A program made the translations under genes and the position numbers. Below the pieces are notes generated by a model. That model was not told where the DNA came from, searched no databases, and was given only the letters and a program-made list of their open reading frames with translations. DNA of 55,731 bases, counting the filler, from Jimgerdemannia flammicorona (taxonomy: Eukaryota): the NCBI GenBank assembly GCA_003990765.1. It is 3 parts of 3 records of this genome, joined end to end, with 100 filler letters (N's around TTAATTAATTAA, not from the genome) between each part and the next. Parts side by side here need not be neighbours in the genome. Positions count along the whole stretch, not along the records: positions 18,621 to 37,127 come from RBNJ01002192.1; 2 more parts are not named here. One strand, given 5' to 3'. Below, one piece after another: positions 26,238 through 37,227 of this stretch; positions within the stretch are counted from its first letter, which is position 1; each line of letters begins with the position of its first letter.

Positions 26238-27335
26238 TTAGGCGCTGTCTGGGTAGTTCTCGATGACATCACTATCAATTGTATCATCTCTGATGAAGTA
26301 GTCATCCAGGAAAAGGGATTCGTGGATTACTTCTCCTTGTTTACTGAGGTAATAATACATTGGAACTTCATCTCCATCCCACAGGATAGCATCATCTGTC
26401 TCATAGGCTGGATAAGGTATTGGTGGACAAAGGATGGGTGTATTGTCTTCACTTTCATTGGATTCGCTGTCTGTATACCTACTATAGGTTATGACACTGT
26501 GAGTTGCAGGGTTATAGTATGCTGGCGGCTGTGGTTCATGTCGCTTATACTCTGGTAGTGGAGTGGTTGGTTCGATCTCAAGGGTTGTCTGGAGGTACAG
26601 GTTGTGTTCTCCGGTTTCTTCATTGTAGTTGAAGTAATTGGGGGTGAATGCAGGTTGGTATTTGTGCCAGTGATCATTGTCCCAATAAGTCTCGTATGCA
26701 GTTATGAACTATTGTAAGTTCATCAGCAAGGTTGGCAGAGTGATCAGGGTTGGCAGAGATCCTTGGCTAGAGGTCATGTCAGTGTCAGAGGGATCATTGT
26801 CTTCTGCTTCATCTTTATTGAAGTGGATTATATCATAGATGTCTTTCATGGCATATCCAACTTGGGGCATTTGCAGAATATGATCATTGGGGTGTGGGAA
26901 GGTTCTGTCTGTGGTTTCGACATACTCAAGGTACTTGTGGTTGAGTTCTTGTATCATATTGTCAATTTGGCCATAGGACAGAGTAGCAACCATTTCGCTA
27001 GTAGTAACTTGGAGGCAGGGAATAAAGGTACTGTACTTATAGAAGAGTTCTCGATGTTTGCGGGCGATGAGCTTCTGGTGTTGAGACATCTGGGTAATGT
27101 CTGTGTTGTGGTGGTGTTCAACCATATCTTCCAGGAGGTGGCTGATCTGGTAGTAGCTTGAGATTTGTCTGATTCAGTAGGTCTCACTAAACATGTTCAG
27201 GGCATTCCATCAGACTTCCATGAAGTAGAGGGGTGCCAGGCTATGGATATTCATGAGGGGCAGAGGGGGTGTGGCTTGGTTGACAATGGTATTCCAAATG
27301 TCAGTGTGGATGTAGGTATAGATCTCGGTAATCAT
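26238..27335 (-). pseudogene. LTR-embedded ORF of unknown function (365 codons if three stops are repaired)
   Basis: ATG 27335 in an A/C-rich leader (...cacacaaacATG). One frame MITEIYTYIHTDIWNTIVNQ...MVEHHHNTD...LLMNLQ*FITAYETYWDNDHWH...DVIENYPDSA, TAA 26240-26238. No frameshift; stops at codons 42, 54, 209. Confidence 0.75.
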
Positions 27336-30225
27336 GTTTGTGTGTTTGGAAGTTATAGTTGTTGTTTTGTTTTGGTTCTCTAATTTGACGCATTTTGGTG
27401 CTTGGTATATATGTATTTGATCCTAATTGATAAGATTCCATTTGTGTAGATCTTGTGTTCTGTGACTTTATATTGACTCAGCTTTGTGTACTGTGACTTT
27501 GGTTTGACTCAGCTTCGTGATCAAGCAGGTGATTTCCAGATTTGTTCAGAGGTCGTGTGTGATTTTAGTAGCTTGTTTGGAGGGTGATGTGTAATTTCGG
27601 TGGCTTGTTCGGAGGGTGACATGTAATTTTAATGGCTTGGAGGTTGTGCGCTTACACCTTTGGAGGACCGAAGAATGGAGAAGGCTCTGGAGGGGGACTG
27701 GTGTCTGGTGGCAATGTGGGAAGATCTGGTCTCCCAAGCTTCGCAGACAAGATTAAGGGGAGTGGGTGGCCAGCTAGTAATAGGGCTGGTGCTGCTGAGG
27801 GGAAGGGCAAGATGAGCCTTGAGAGGGGGGGCAGTGCTCCAGCTGGGAGTGCAGGTGTAGGGGCTGGCAGTGCTGTGGCTGGGGGTGTGACTATTGATAG
27901 GGCATGATGGGGAATCAGAAAAAAAAAGGAGATGTGATGGCTGATGGCCAGGTGGGGCAGGGGTTCTCGATGTGGAAGAGGGACCTGGCAGATGGTGTAA
28001 TGGGGCTAGTGGTGACCCCATTGCTCAAGAAGTCGATCTTGGAGTTTGCGGTGACCTTGTGCTTCTGAGGCTTAGTAGTGATGGCGAGGATGGTTCTGGG
28101 GCTTGTTTTGAAGCAGGTGGCTGGGGCAGCCTCAGTGAAGTTCTTGAAGGGTCTGGAGGGAGTCAAGGTGGGCTTTGAGAAGGCCAGTCTACTGAATGAG
28201 GCACTGAAGACTGGAGTTATGGTTGGGGAGGTAGTGGTCTCCATGGTGTGGTACTTGAGATGGGACCCCAGGGTGGTGCAGCTTCTGGTGAAGGGGGTGC
28301 CTATGGTGACTAAGGAGGAGACTAGGAAGAGGGTAGAGGAGGTGATAATTGAGTATGGTGATGTGGTGGACATTGGTTTTCAGGTGTGGGAGGAGATAAT
28401 GATCAGGACAGGTGACATTGATGTCAGGATTTGGCTGGCAGGAAAGGAGGCCACGGGGAAGGTGAGTGACTGGCCTTCTGTGCTGATGTGGGGGGCATTT
28501 GTCTGTAAGGTATTGAGGGTAAAGGGGAGTGAGGAGGAGGAGGAGGACTTGTTGGAGGTACTGGAGGAGATGAGTGGAGCTGTGGAGAGGAGGGCAAGGG
28601 TCTGGAAGATGTATGAGGAGTTGACACATCTGGAGGTTGTGGAGGGGAAGTATATCCACATGGACAAGGGGCAGTGGGAGTGGGTGTAGGGACACAGGAG
28701 GCAGAGGGAGCTACTGGCAAGTATGGCAGTTGAGGTGAAGAAGAAGGCAGTTGGGGCTGAGGTGTCTGGGGGTATTGAAGCCAGTGCCTGGGCTAGTAAA
28801 GGGGTAGGGGAGGTGGAGGTAGGCAAGGAAGGAGATGGGAAGGTGCTGAGCAAGGACCCTTTTGCCAATGGCACCTTCGAGGTCTGGGAGCCGGAATTGG
28901 ACTCCACCCTCCCCTCTCTGATCAAGAGGGGCCCAGCTGCAAAGAGAAGGGCATTAGAGGATGTGCTGATGAAGGGGGCCCAGCGAGTGTGTTTTGGGGT
29001 CCCTGATGTGGCAAAAAGGGGCCAGGTGGTGGCGGCTGGTAAGGATGAGCTGGTGGATGTCCCTGAGGAGGAGTGGGATGAGGCTGCCAGTATGGGTGCT
29101 GATATCACGATGTTGGATGTGGGATGGCCAGAGACTCCAGGAGGGAAGGAGGTAGAAAACTTGCTGTAGATGAGTAAGGTGATGGATAATCTCACAGCTG
29201 ATGCATTGGGAGAAGTGGACCTACAGATTATGCCTAAGGAGTACTGGGAGTGGATTCTGCATGGTGAGGGAGTAGTGGAGGTACTGAGGGGGGAGATTCT
29301 CATGATCCTCTTAAAGGAGGAGGGATATGAGGTCAATGAGGTGAGGAAGGCTGAGCTGGTGGTGGCTGCAGGTGAGCAGGCAATATACTGCTGGGCTGAG
29401 CAGCATGGTTTGCAGCTCTGGAGGGAGGCCTGTCTGGAGTATTGAGAGAAATTTGAGGAGAGGGAAGATGAGGCAATGGTAGAACTTCTGGGAGGGTTGG
29501 AGGCATAGAAAGCTGAGGAACAGGAGCTAGCTGCTGAATGTGAATTGGACTTAGTGCAGGAGGAGCTGAATGTGGACTTGTAGAGGATGGAATCACTTTT
29601 TAGCATTATTCCTTATGAACAGTACAACTAATATTTTCTTTTTGAATGTGAATGGGTTGAGGAGATCTGGATAGCATAAGAACATTTTTACTTGGCTCAA
29701 GGGATTAGAGGCTGATCTCTTTTTACTATAGGATGTTCAGTGTGAGGATGAGAATGATCAGGTAAAGTGGACTAAGGAATGGGGCAGGGCTACTACTTGA
29801 TTTGGAAAAGTGGTGATTCTGGTGAGGAAGAGTAGAGGTGACTTAAAGGGATCAGGAGCTGGGGTGACCACTTGGTCTAGGGAGATTGGCAGTGGCCAGG
29901 ATGGGAGTCAGTGAGGGTTGGCTCTTGCTACTGCCCTGTGGTTAGGGGTGAGAGAATTACATGGATTGAGGAGCTACTGGAGAAGGGTGTTCTCTTGGTG
30001 GAAGGGATCGATGTGATTGGGGGGAACTTTAATATGGTTTGGGATCAGTGTCTGGACCACACTGATGGTAGGAGGAGTGCAGGAGGGAGAAGTGGAGGCC
30101 TGGATGCTTGGGAGGAGGTGGAGAGGCTGAGCTCCTTAGGGGATATGAGTAGAATACGATGGGGCAACTCCAGGATCTACACACATTGGGTGAATGGCTT
30201 GGGTACAAGGATTGACTGGATTCTG

Positions 30226-30913
30226 TGGAGGCATGGTGGTGGCTTCCCCCCAAGTTCTGGGTGGTGTGGTGGCAGATGCTGCAGAGGAATGTCATGCTGA
30301 ATTTCTGCACCAGGCATCTGGTGGATGGTGGCTGTTTCGATTGTGAGGAGTATTACAATGTAGGGCAAGCTGGGGGTGTGGTGCAGATGTCGGAACATTG
30401 GCTAGGAGAGTGTGAGGTTTTGGGGGACTTTTGGGTAGAAATAGGGAATAGACTAGGTATAGAGCACAGGCCAGCGGGTGGAGGGGGTTGCTGGGAGGAC
30501 TTGCGAGCTCGGCTGGTGGGGGGGGTGGGGGATAGTTGGCTCACTGTTGGGTGGGTGTTAGCAGTTTGGGTAGGTTTGGCAGGGCATTGGCTTTTTGTGT
30601 TTGAGGAGGGGCGGCAGATGAGTGTGCAGGAGAAGGTTGCAAGGTGGGAGGAGTTGTTGGGGGATCTGTTGACTGGATGGTGGGTAGGTTGGGGTCCTTC
30701 CAGGGGGGTGGTGGTGGGGTTTGGTGGCAAGGATATATGATCAGAGTAGTGGGAGAGTTGGGGTTGTATTTGGGAAAGTGGCGTTTCATCGAGAAGATAT
30801 CAGGGGAGAGGGGGGCCCCCCCCTGAGGGGGATTGGATAGAGGGTGGGTTCACTGTACTATATAGGATAGATGAGGGTAATAAAGGGAGAGTCCAAGTAA
30901 CTATAAAAAAAAA
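30226..30913 (+). mobile_element. 5'-truncated LINE (688 bp) nested in the EN domain of B2
   Basis: ORF2 zinc-finger end, 3'UTR and poly(A). Perfect 17-bp TSD ggattgactggattctg at 30209-30225 and 30914-30930. Confidence 0.95.
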
Positions 30914-33900
30914 GGATTGACTGGATTCTGATAGCAGAATGCTGGGGGTCTGATGTCTGGAAGATATTGGAGGTGGAATGGTGCCCATGGTCTGATCACT
31001 GGGGACTGTTAGAACAGGGGCAGTTTGGGAGGAGTGGAGATGGATCTGGACATTGGCACCTCAACTCCTCTCTGCTGGCTGAGAAGGGGTTGTGGGATCT
31101 GTAGGTAGAGGACATTCAGATGAAAGTCTCTCACTGGAGGTATGAGGGTTTGTCAGTGGGTGTCCAGTGGATGAGATTGAAAGAGGCTGTAAGGGTCTAT
31201 TGGGGAGAGGCTGGGAGAGAAGCTGGGAGATAGAGGGGGAAGTGCATGAGGTGTGCTTCTAGTAGGCTGAGGAGATTACGAATGGATTGGGCAGGTTTGC
31301 TTATGTCTGATGGGGTGGAAGATTAGAGGTTAGCACAGATTAAATTGGAGATATTGGAACTACAACAGATGTTGAGAGAAGAGGAGGAGGTGCATATGCA
31401 AGGTATGGCTGCTAGGCTACAGTAGCAGGGGCTTGAGGAGGGTGAGCAGCCTACTAGATATTTATCCTGTCTGCTCAATGCTAGGAGGGTGAGACATTGG
31501 TAGAATGGGGTCCTTAATGCTGATGGGGACATGGTACATGGCATGCAACAAATCCTAGGGGTTTTGAAAGAGAGATGGCAGGGTTTGTGGAGTGAGGATG
31601 AAGGGGGTGCTGATGAGGTGGCTATTGAAGATGCATTAGGGGAATGGAGGCTGCTGCAAGTGGCTAGACTGGATGACTTGGCCTTGCCAGTGTGAGGTGA
31701 GGAGGTCCAGAGTATCCTTGTGGCAACTAAAACTGAAACAGTGCCAGGGGAGGATAGACTACCATGGGACTTCTGGAAGAAGATGGTTAAGGTCTCTGGC
31801 ATTCTGGGGGAGATGACTGCTCTCTGTGATCATATTCTTCAGAGCGGTGAGTGGGTTGGAGGGCAGGACCTTGGGCTGGTGGCTTTATTGTACAAAGACA
31901 AGGGGAGGAGAGAAGACTGGAAGAACTGGTGACCGATCATGCTTTTGGACATGGACAGGAAGATGGTAACTAAGGTGGTTGTCGCAAGGCTGCAGAAGGT
32001 TGCCCAACAGGTGCTGGGGGAGGAGCAGTGGGGCTTTGTTAGAGGCAGGCTTATTAGAGATAGGACTGCTTGGGTACATGGTATCATTGAAGGGGCCTGG
32101 GCTTGCAGCCTAGATGGAAGGCTGGTCTTTTTGGATTAGGAGAAGGCCTATGACTGGGTCTGGCAGGTTTGGCTGGGCAAGGTGTTGGATCATGTTGGTA
32201 TTCCTTCTAGATTTCGGGCTTCTATGGTGAATCTGCTCAAGGGCAGTCAGGTGGTGCTGATGTGTAATAGTCACCATGGTCAGGCGTTTACCTTGAGAAG
32301 AGGGATTCCTCAGGGGGATCCCTTGTCCCCTATTCTTTATGCTCTTTCATTGGAACCATTAATGGATAGGATTCGCCAGAAGGTAGTGGGGCTCTCTATC
32401 TATGGTATAGTGTAGAAGGTGGGGGCCTTTGCAGATGATATAGTGGTTGGCCTTGGGTCTGTGGTAGATGTTGAGGTACTTAAGGAGACAGTGAAATGGT
32501 ATGAGGTCCACTCTGGGGCAAAGCTCAACTGATATAAGTGTGAGACTATGGTGCTAGAGAATGGTCTGGTGGGTGGGAATGTCATTGGAACAATTGTTCC
32601 TACTGGGGAGGTGGTATGGTATCTGGGCATCTTCCTCTCTGTATATGGTTTTATCTTACCATGAGTGTGGTGGGAGAGCAGGGTGGCTATTTGGGGGGAG
32701 GCCCTTCAAGATTGGGGAGGCTGCCATATCTCTCTAGCAGGGCGGGTATCAATTCTAAATACATACTGGTTCCCCAAGCTGTGGTATGTGACATACCACC
32801 TAGACTTCCCAGCTTGGGTGGTGAAGAGGCTGACAAAGGTGGCTAGGGATTGGATTTGGGCAGAGAGGAGGTCCCAGGTCAGTTGGGATACTCTTGCGAC
32901 ACCGGTGGACAGGGGAGATCTTGGTCTTGTGGATTTCTCTAAGAGGTTACACTGCTTGTGAGTCTGGTGGCTGAAGAGAGTGGTGGAACTACAGGGAGGG
33001 GATTGGGTACTTCTGATGCAGAAGGTGTAGGAGATGAGAACCTCCCCCTGAGAGTCCTCAGGGGATCTACTCTCTTTAGTAGAGTTTAATGGAATTCAGC
33101 AGCTGCAATTTAAGGGCTTTTGGTGGGGAGTGGTTGATGGAGCACACTGAATTGGTCTGTGCTGACAAGGCAATGAGGGGGAGATGTTGTGGGGTCCTCA
33201 TATGTGGTGATGGGATAGACTGCTTCTGGGAGGTGCTCCACTTGTTACTTTTGATATTGGGAATAGAGTGGAGTATCAGCAGGGTCTTAGCTGGGACCTT
33301 TGGCTGAGCAGTTGGCAGGTAGTCAGGATCAGCGAGGAGTGGGACTGGACAGATATCTGGTCTTGGAGTACTGAGGTGTGGCAGTGGCTTCCCCCCAAGT
33401 TCTGGGTGGTGTGGTGGCAAATGCTGTAGAGGAATGTCATGTTGAATTTCTGTACTAGGCATCTGGTGGATGGTGGCTGTTTCAACTGTGAGGAGTGTTA
33501 CAATGTAGGGCAAGCTGGGGGTTTGGTGCAGGTACCAGAACATTGGCTGGGGGAGTGTGAGGTTTTGGGGGACTTTTGGGTTGAAATAGAGAATAGACTG
33601 GGTGTAGAGCGCAGACCAGCGGGTGAAGGGGATTACTGGGAGGACTTGAGATCTCAGCTGGTGAGGGGGGTGGGTGATAGTTGGTTTACTGTCAGGTGAG
33701 TGTTAGCAGTTTGGGTGGGTCTAGTGGGATATTGGCTATTTGTGTTTGAGGAGGGGTGGCAGATGAGCCTGCAGGAGAAGGTGGTAAGGTGGGAGGAGCT
33801 GTTGGGGGATCTGTTGACTGAATGGTGGATTGGTTGGAGTCCTTCAGGGGGGTGGAGGTATGGTTTGGTGGCAAGGATATGCAAACAAAGCAGTGGAAGG

Positions 33901-35219
33901 GTGGGAATTGTATTTGATAGAGTGGTGTTCCATTGAGAAGGGGTAGGGGGGAGGGGCCCCCCTAGGGGGATTGGATAGGGGGTGGGTTTATTATATTTAT
34001 ATAGGATAGATGGGTGTAATAAAGGACAAGTCCAAGTGACTATAAAAAAAAAGGAAAGAGAGGGTGAAAAAAGCAAGGAGGGGGGGTTTGGACAGAAATT
34101 GAGTATACTGCAATACTGGTAAAGGGTGGGTTCCAGAGTTCCAAAATCCCCCACACTTGTCTCCCTTTTTTTTTTACTCCTCTCTAGATAAATCACACTC
34201 TTTACTGACATACTCTTTTTGATACAATTCCAGGGATATACAAGATTCTGTACCCCTATCAGAACTTTAGAAGTGCCATCAAAGAGCAAACTATGTGTGA
34301 GTACAACATGGTCTGTGCAGTAATGATGGCTATGATCTGGGGTTCTTTGAGTAGATTGGTAGAGCATACAGCAGGCCAGCTTAGTAGTGATCTCAGTGCA
34401 GCTGTACATATATTCTTGGTGCAATTTAGCATACTGTATGAGGTGAGGAGCTCTGCTTTTTTGGGGTACTACAGCCCAGGGGGTTTCTGCCTCCCTGTAT
34501 GCAAAAAGGACTGACCAGTTGCTATTCATTTCAGCAGGTTTCCAAGCCAGGGCTCCTGGGGCTGGACCAAGGACAGGCATCCACCAGTATAGTCTGGCAG
34601 TATGAGGTCCTGGGCCAAGGATTCACCCAACTGTATGCTTACATCACATTAGGATATGTTGGGCACAACCTTTCTCTACCTATACACATAGACAACAATA
34701 TCACTCCAATAATGTTTTACATCCCAGAAAGGAAGGGCCCAACCTGGGAGAATAGTGGTGGAGTCTGGTATGACCTCACCTATGGTTTCAGAGTCCTGTT
34801 TGCAGCCCATATAGCCATCCTATTCCAACCATATGACCACCATGATACTGTTGCCTTTGAGGAGAGCTTGGACACAATAGTCATCATACTCACAACAGAT
34901 CAAGGCCTGAGACTGGCAGGTGGAGCAGTTTTTGTGAGAGTTAAGCAATTTTTTGTGAGAGTAAGACAATCTTTCATGAGGGTTAGGTAGCCATTTTATA
35001 CAGGTTGGGCAGTCTTATATGGGGGGGTTGGGCTGGGCACCTCTTCTGTAGCACTAGCTTAGCTGTTATATAGAGCCCTACCAGCCTCTCAGCCCTACTC
35101 TGTAGTACCACCAGTGTGGTACTGTGGCACAGGGCCAGGGTGCCCATAGGACCCGAACTGGCAACTTTGACTGCCGGAAATACCCTCTGATCACCAGAAG
35201 CACCCTCTGCCCTGGACTT

Positions 35220-35760
35220 CTTGGTAGCTTGGGGCTGCTTCTATACTGCTGGCAGAGGGCTGCAAATTTTGCATGCTCCCTCCATCTGCCCTGCCTATCC
35301 TGGACACTTGCAGCTTAGGGCTGCCTCTTACTGCTGGCAGAGGGCCACAAATTTTGTATGCTCTCTCTACTGACCCCATGCCCACCAACCCCGCCAACTG
35401 ACCCTGTCCACTGACCTGGGTGCTGATAGCTTGAGGCTGCCCCTCACTGCTGGTAGAGGGCCACAAATTTTGCACACTCCCTCCACCTACCCCCTCCTCT
35501 GCCTACCCCCCTCCTGCTAACCCCCCCCCACCAACCCCCTCAATCTGGACACTTATAGCTTGGGGCTGCTCCTTGCTACCAGTAGAGGGCCGCAAATTTT
35601 ACATGCTCTCTCTGCCAACCCCATACCCACCCACTGATCCACCCACTGACCTAGATACTAGCAGCTTGGAGCTGCCCCTTACTGCTGGCTGAGGGCTGCA
35701 AATATTGTGCGCTCCCTCCGCCACTGCTGTCAACTCTACCCCACTTGGGCTGCAAACTCT
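35220..35760. repeat. Five ~85-130-bp units with C-rich spacers, possible hAT subterminal array
   Basis: Core GCTTGGGGCTGC...ACTGCTGGCAGAGGGCYRCAAATTTTGCAYGCTC near 35226, 35312, 35429, 35558, 35663. Confidence 0.8.
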
Positions 35761-35869
35761 AGGCCAAGTTCTCAGGTTTTTTTTCCCTTTTTTATTATTT
35801 TTAAAAGGTATTAAATATTCCACAAGGCCAACTAACTTATCTGTAGACCCACTGAATTTTAGTGACCCA

Positions 35870-36924
35870 AGCCCTATCAAGACTTCAGATACATATATGC
35901 CTGAATTGTCTCAACATTCAGTGTACACCTCTTTGAGGCAACGAGGTCTACCCCACCTAAGAACACCTGTTTGATGGGAGTGCTGGAGGCAGGAATCACT
36001 AAGTAGTCCCAAGCTATACTACATAGGCTGGAGAAGTCTGTTTGATATAGCTGCATGCTCTGGTGGGTAGAGCAGTGGTTAGATTAGTGGGTTAAATTGG
36101 CTCAATGCCTATCTGACAACCCACCTTCTACCAGTTGAGTACCTCCATGCCCTCCAGCAGGACCACATAGTCACTAGCAAAGTAAATGGTAAGTTTGTCT
36201 ATTGATGGCAGCTCTTCCACTGACAGCTCTCTCTTCCTCTTTCTGCTGAAGTAAATATGGAACAGAAGAAATCTCTTGGCATATTTGTCTGGACTTTAGC
36301 TGGAACCTTGTGGCAGCATATAGTTTTTCTGGTATACTTTGATTACAGCTTGCTTGGTTCTCTCAATAAAGTGCTACTCCCAGCCCTGATCTTTATGGTA
36401 TTGTAGCTTTAAGTGTAGATCCAACACTGTTTGAAGAATAGGAGAGTGAGTTTTTGCAGGGTTTCCTCTGTTTTGGAAGGGGCAATGGCCATATGCCAAT
36501 ATTGATATACCTATACTAATTGAGTATATGGTGATATCTGTTTGGGAGTAGTATTTTCTGAGCTTACTTAAAGTAACCTCTATGGTGTCTCTCTGATCTG
36601 GGCTTAACTATAAATCACTACAACCCTCCAGTCTGTCCTCGAGCTTATCCTCTAGTCAGTCAATCAGAAGGTTGTATACTGGTATTGCTGAGCTTATTGT
36701 CAGGGTCGTTTGTTTGACTATATCCTTCATACAATTGTCGAAACACTGGCAGTTATATGTAGTGAGGTGTTGCATTGTGCGAAGGCAGACAAAATGAGTA
36801 TAGAGCCAGAGCAACCACCACTTGCTTCCAAAACTCTGACAACATTTCTAAGTATGTCCCACTCACTTTCATCTAGAGCCTCAGTCCATATTTCCTTGTC
36901 AGCAGCCACTGTTGAATCTATTGG
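35870..36924 (-). pseudogene. hAT transposase C-terminal half with three introns
   Basis: Spliced reading: ...ESEWDILRNVVRVLE / CFDNCMKDIVKQTTLTISSAIPVYNLLID...KLRKYYSQTDITIYSISI / VLDLHLKLQY...EVLNW*K / LYQTDFSSLCSIAWDYLVIPASSTPIKQVF...ETIQAYMYLKS (dimerisation domain). Introns 36825-36746, 36510-36427, 36124-36051. Confidence 0.88.
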
Positions 36925-36925
36925 C

Positions 36926-36955
36926 TTTTTTTGTTTTTTTTTTTTTTTTAAAAAT

Positions 36956-37002
<47 letters not shown>

Positions 37003-37127
37003 TAAATCTTTTTTTTATTTTTATTTTTTTTATTTTTTAAAGTCTCTTGGACTCCCTTCCTTTATTAAACCCATCTATCCTATATAATTACAATGATCCC
37101 ACCCCCTATCCAATCCCCCTTGGGGGG
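36926..37127 (-). mobile_element. LINE 3' end and tail, interrupting the hAT transposase
   Basis: Composite poly(T) 36926-~37038, then family 3'UTR (cttggactc...tttatt) and the GIG-stop end of ORF2. Confidence 0.88.
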
Positions 37128-37227
37128 NNNNNNNNNNNNNNNNNNNNNNNNNNNNNNNNNNNNNNNNNNNNTTAATTAATTAANNNNNNNNNNNNNNNNN
37201 NNNNNNNNNNNNNNNNNNNNNNNNNNN
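37128..37227. other. Artificial contig linker N44-TTAATTAATTAA-N44
   Basis: 100 bp, 12-mer at 37172-37183. Confidence 0.95.

Larger units (their letters stand above)
25561..27656 (-). mobile_element. Solo LTR, 2,096 bp, inserted in LINE B2 ORF1
   Basis: TGTAAG...CTTACA termini. 5-bp TSD tcttt (25556-25560) / ccttt (27657-27661). LINE ORF1 is continuous across it. Orientation taken from the PBS beside the second copy. Confidence 0.9.
25381..34052 (+). mobile_element. Full-length LINE copy B2 carrying a solo LTR and a truncated LINE
   Basis: 5' caccggtaacattcag. ORF1 stop 29581, ORF2 ATG 29615, poly(A) ending 34052. Perfect TSD ggaaagagagggtga at 25366-25380 and 34053-34067. Confidence 0.95.

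Noticed and set aside
25561..27656. 2.1-kb insert as a DNA transposon
   Set aside because: Only a 6-bp TG...CA inverted end, a 5-bp TSD and no transposase motif; a PBS-like motif beside copy 2 favours an LTR.
28380..29606. 408-aa and similar Ser/Pro-rich antisense ORFs (e.g. 641..1459, 16497..17177)
   Set aside because: They are shadows of the G-rich LINE sense strand, with endpoints that vary between copies.
33654..34580. 308-aa minus-strand ORF
   Set aside because: It crosses the B2 poly(A)/TSD junction, so it is a chance fusion.
36710..37087. 125-aa poly-Phe ORF
   Set aside because: Translation of a poly(T) tail plus antisense hAT sequence.
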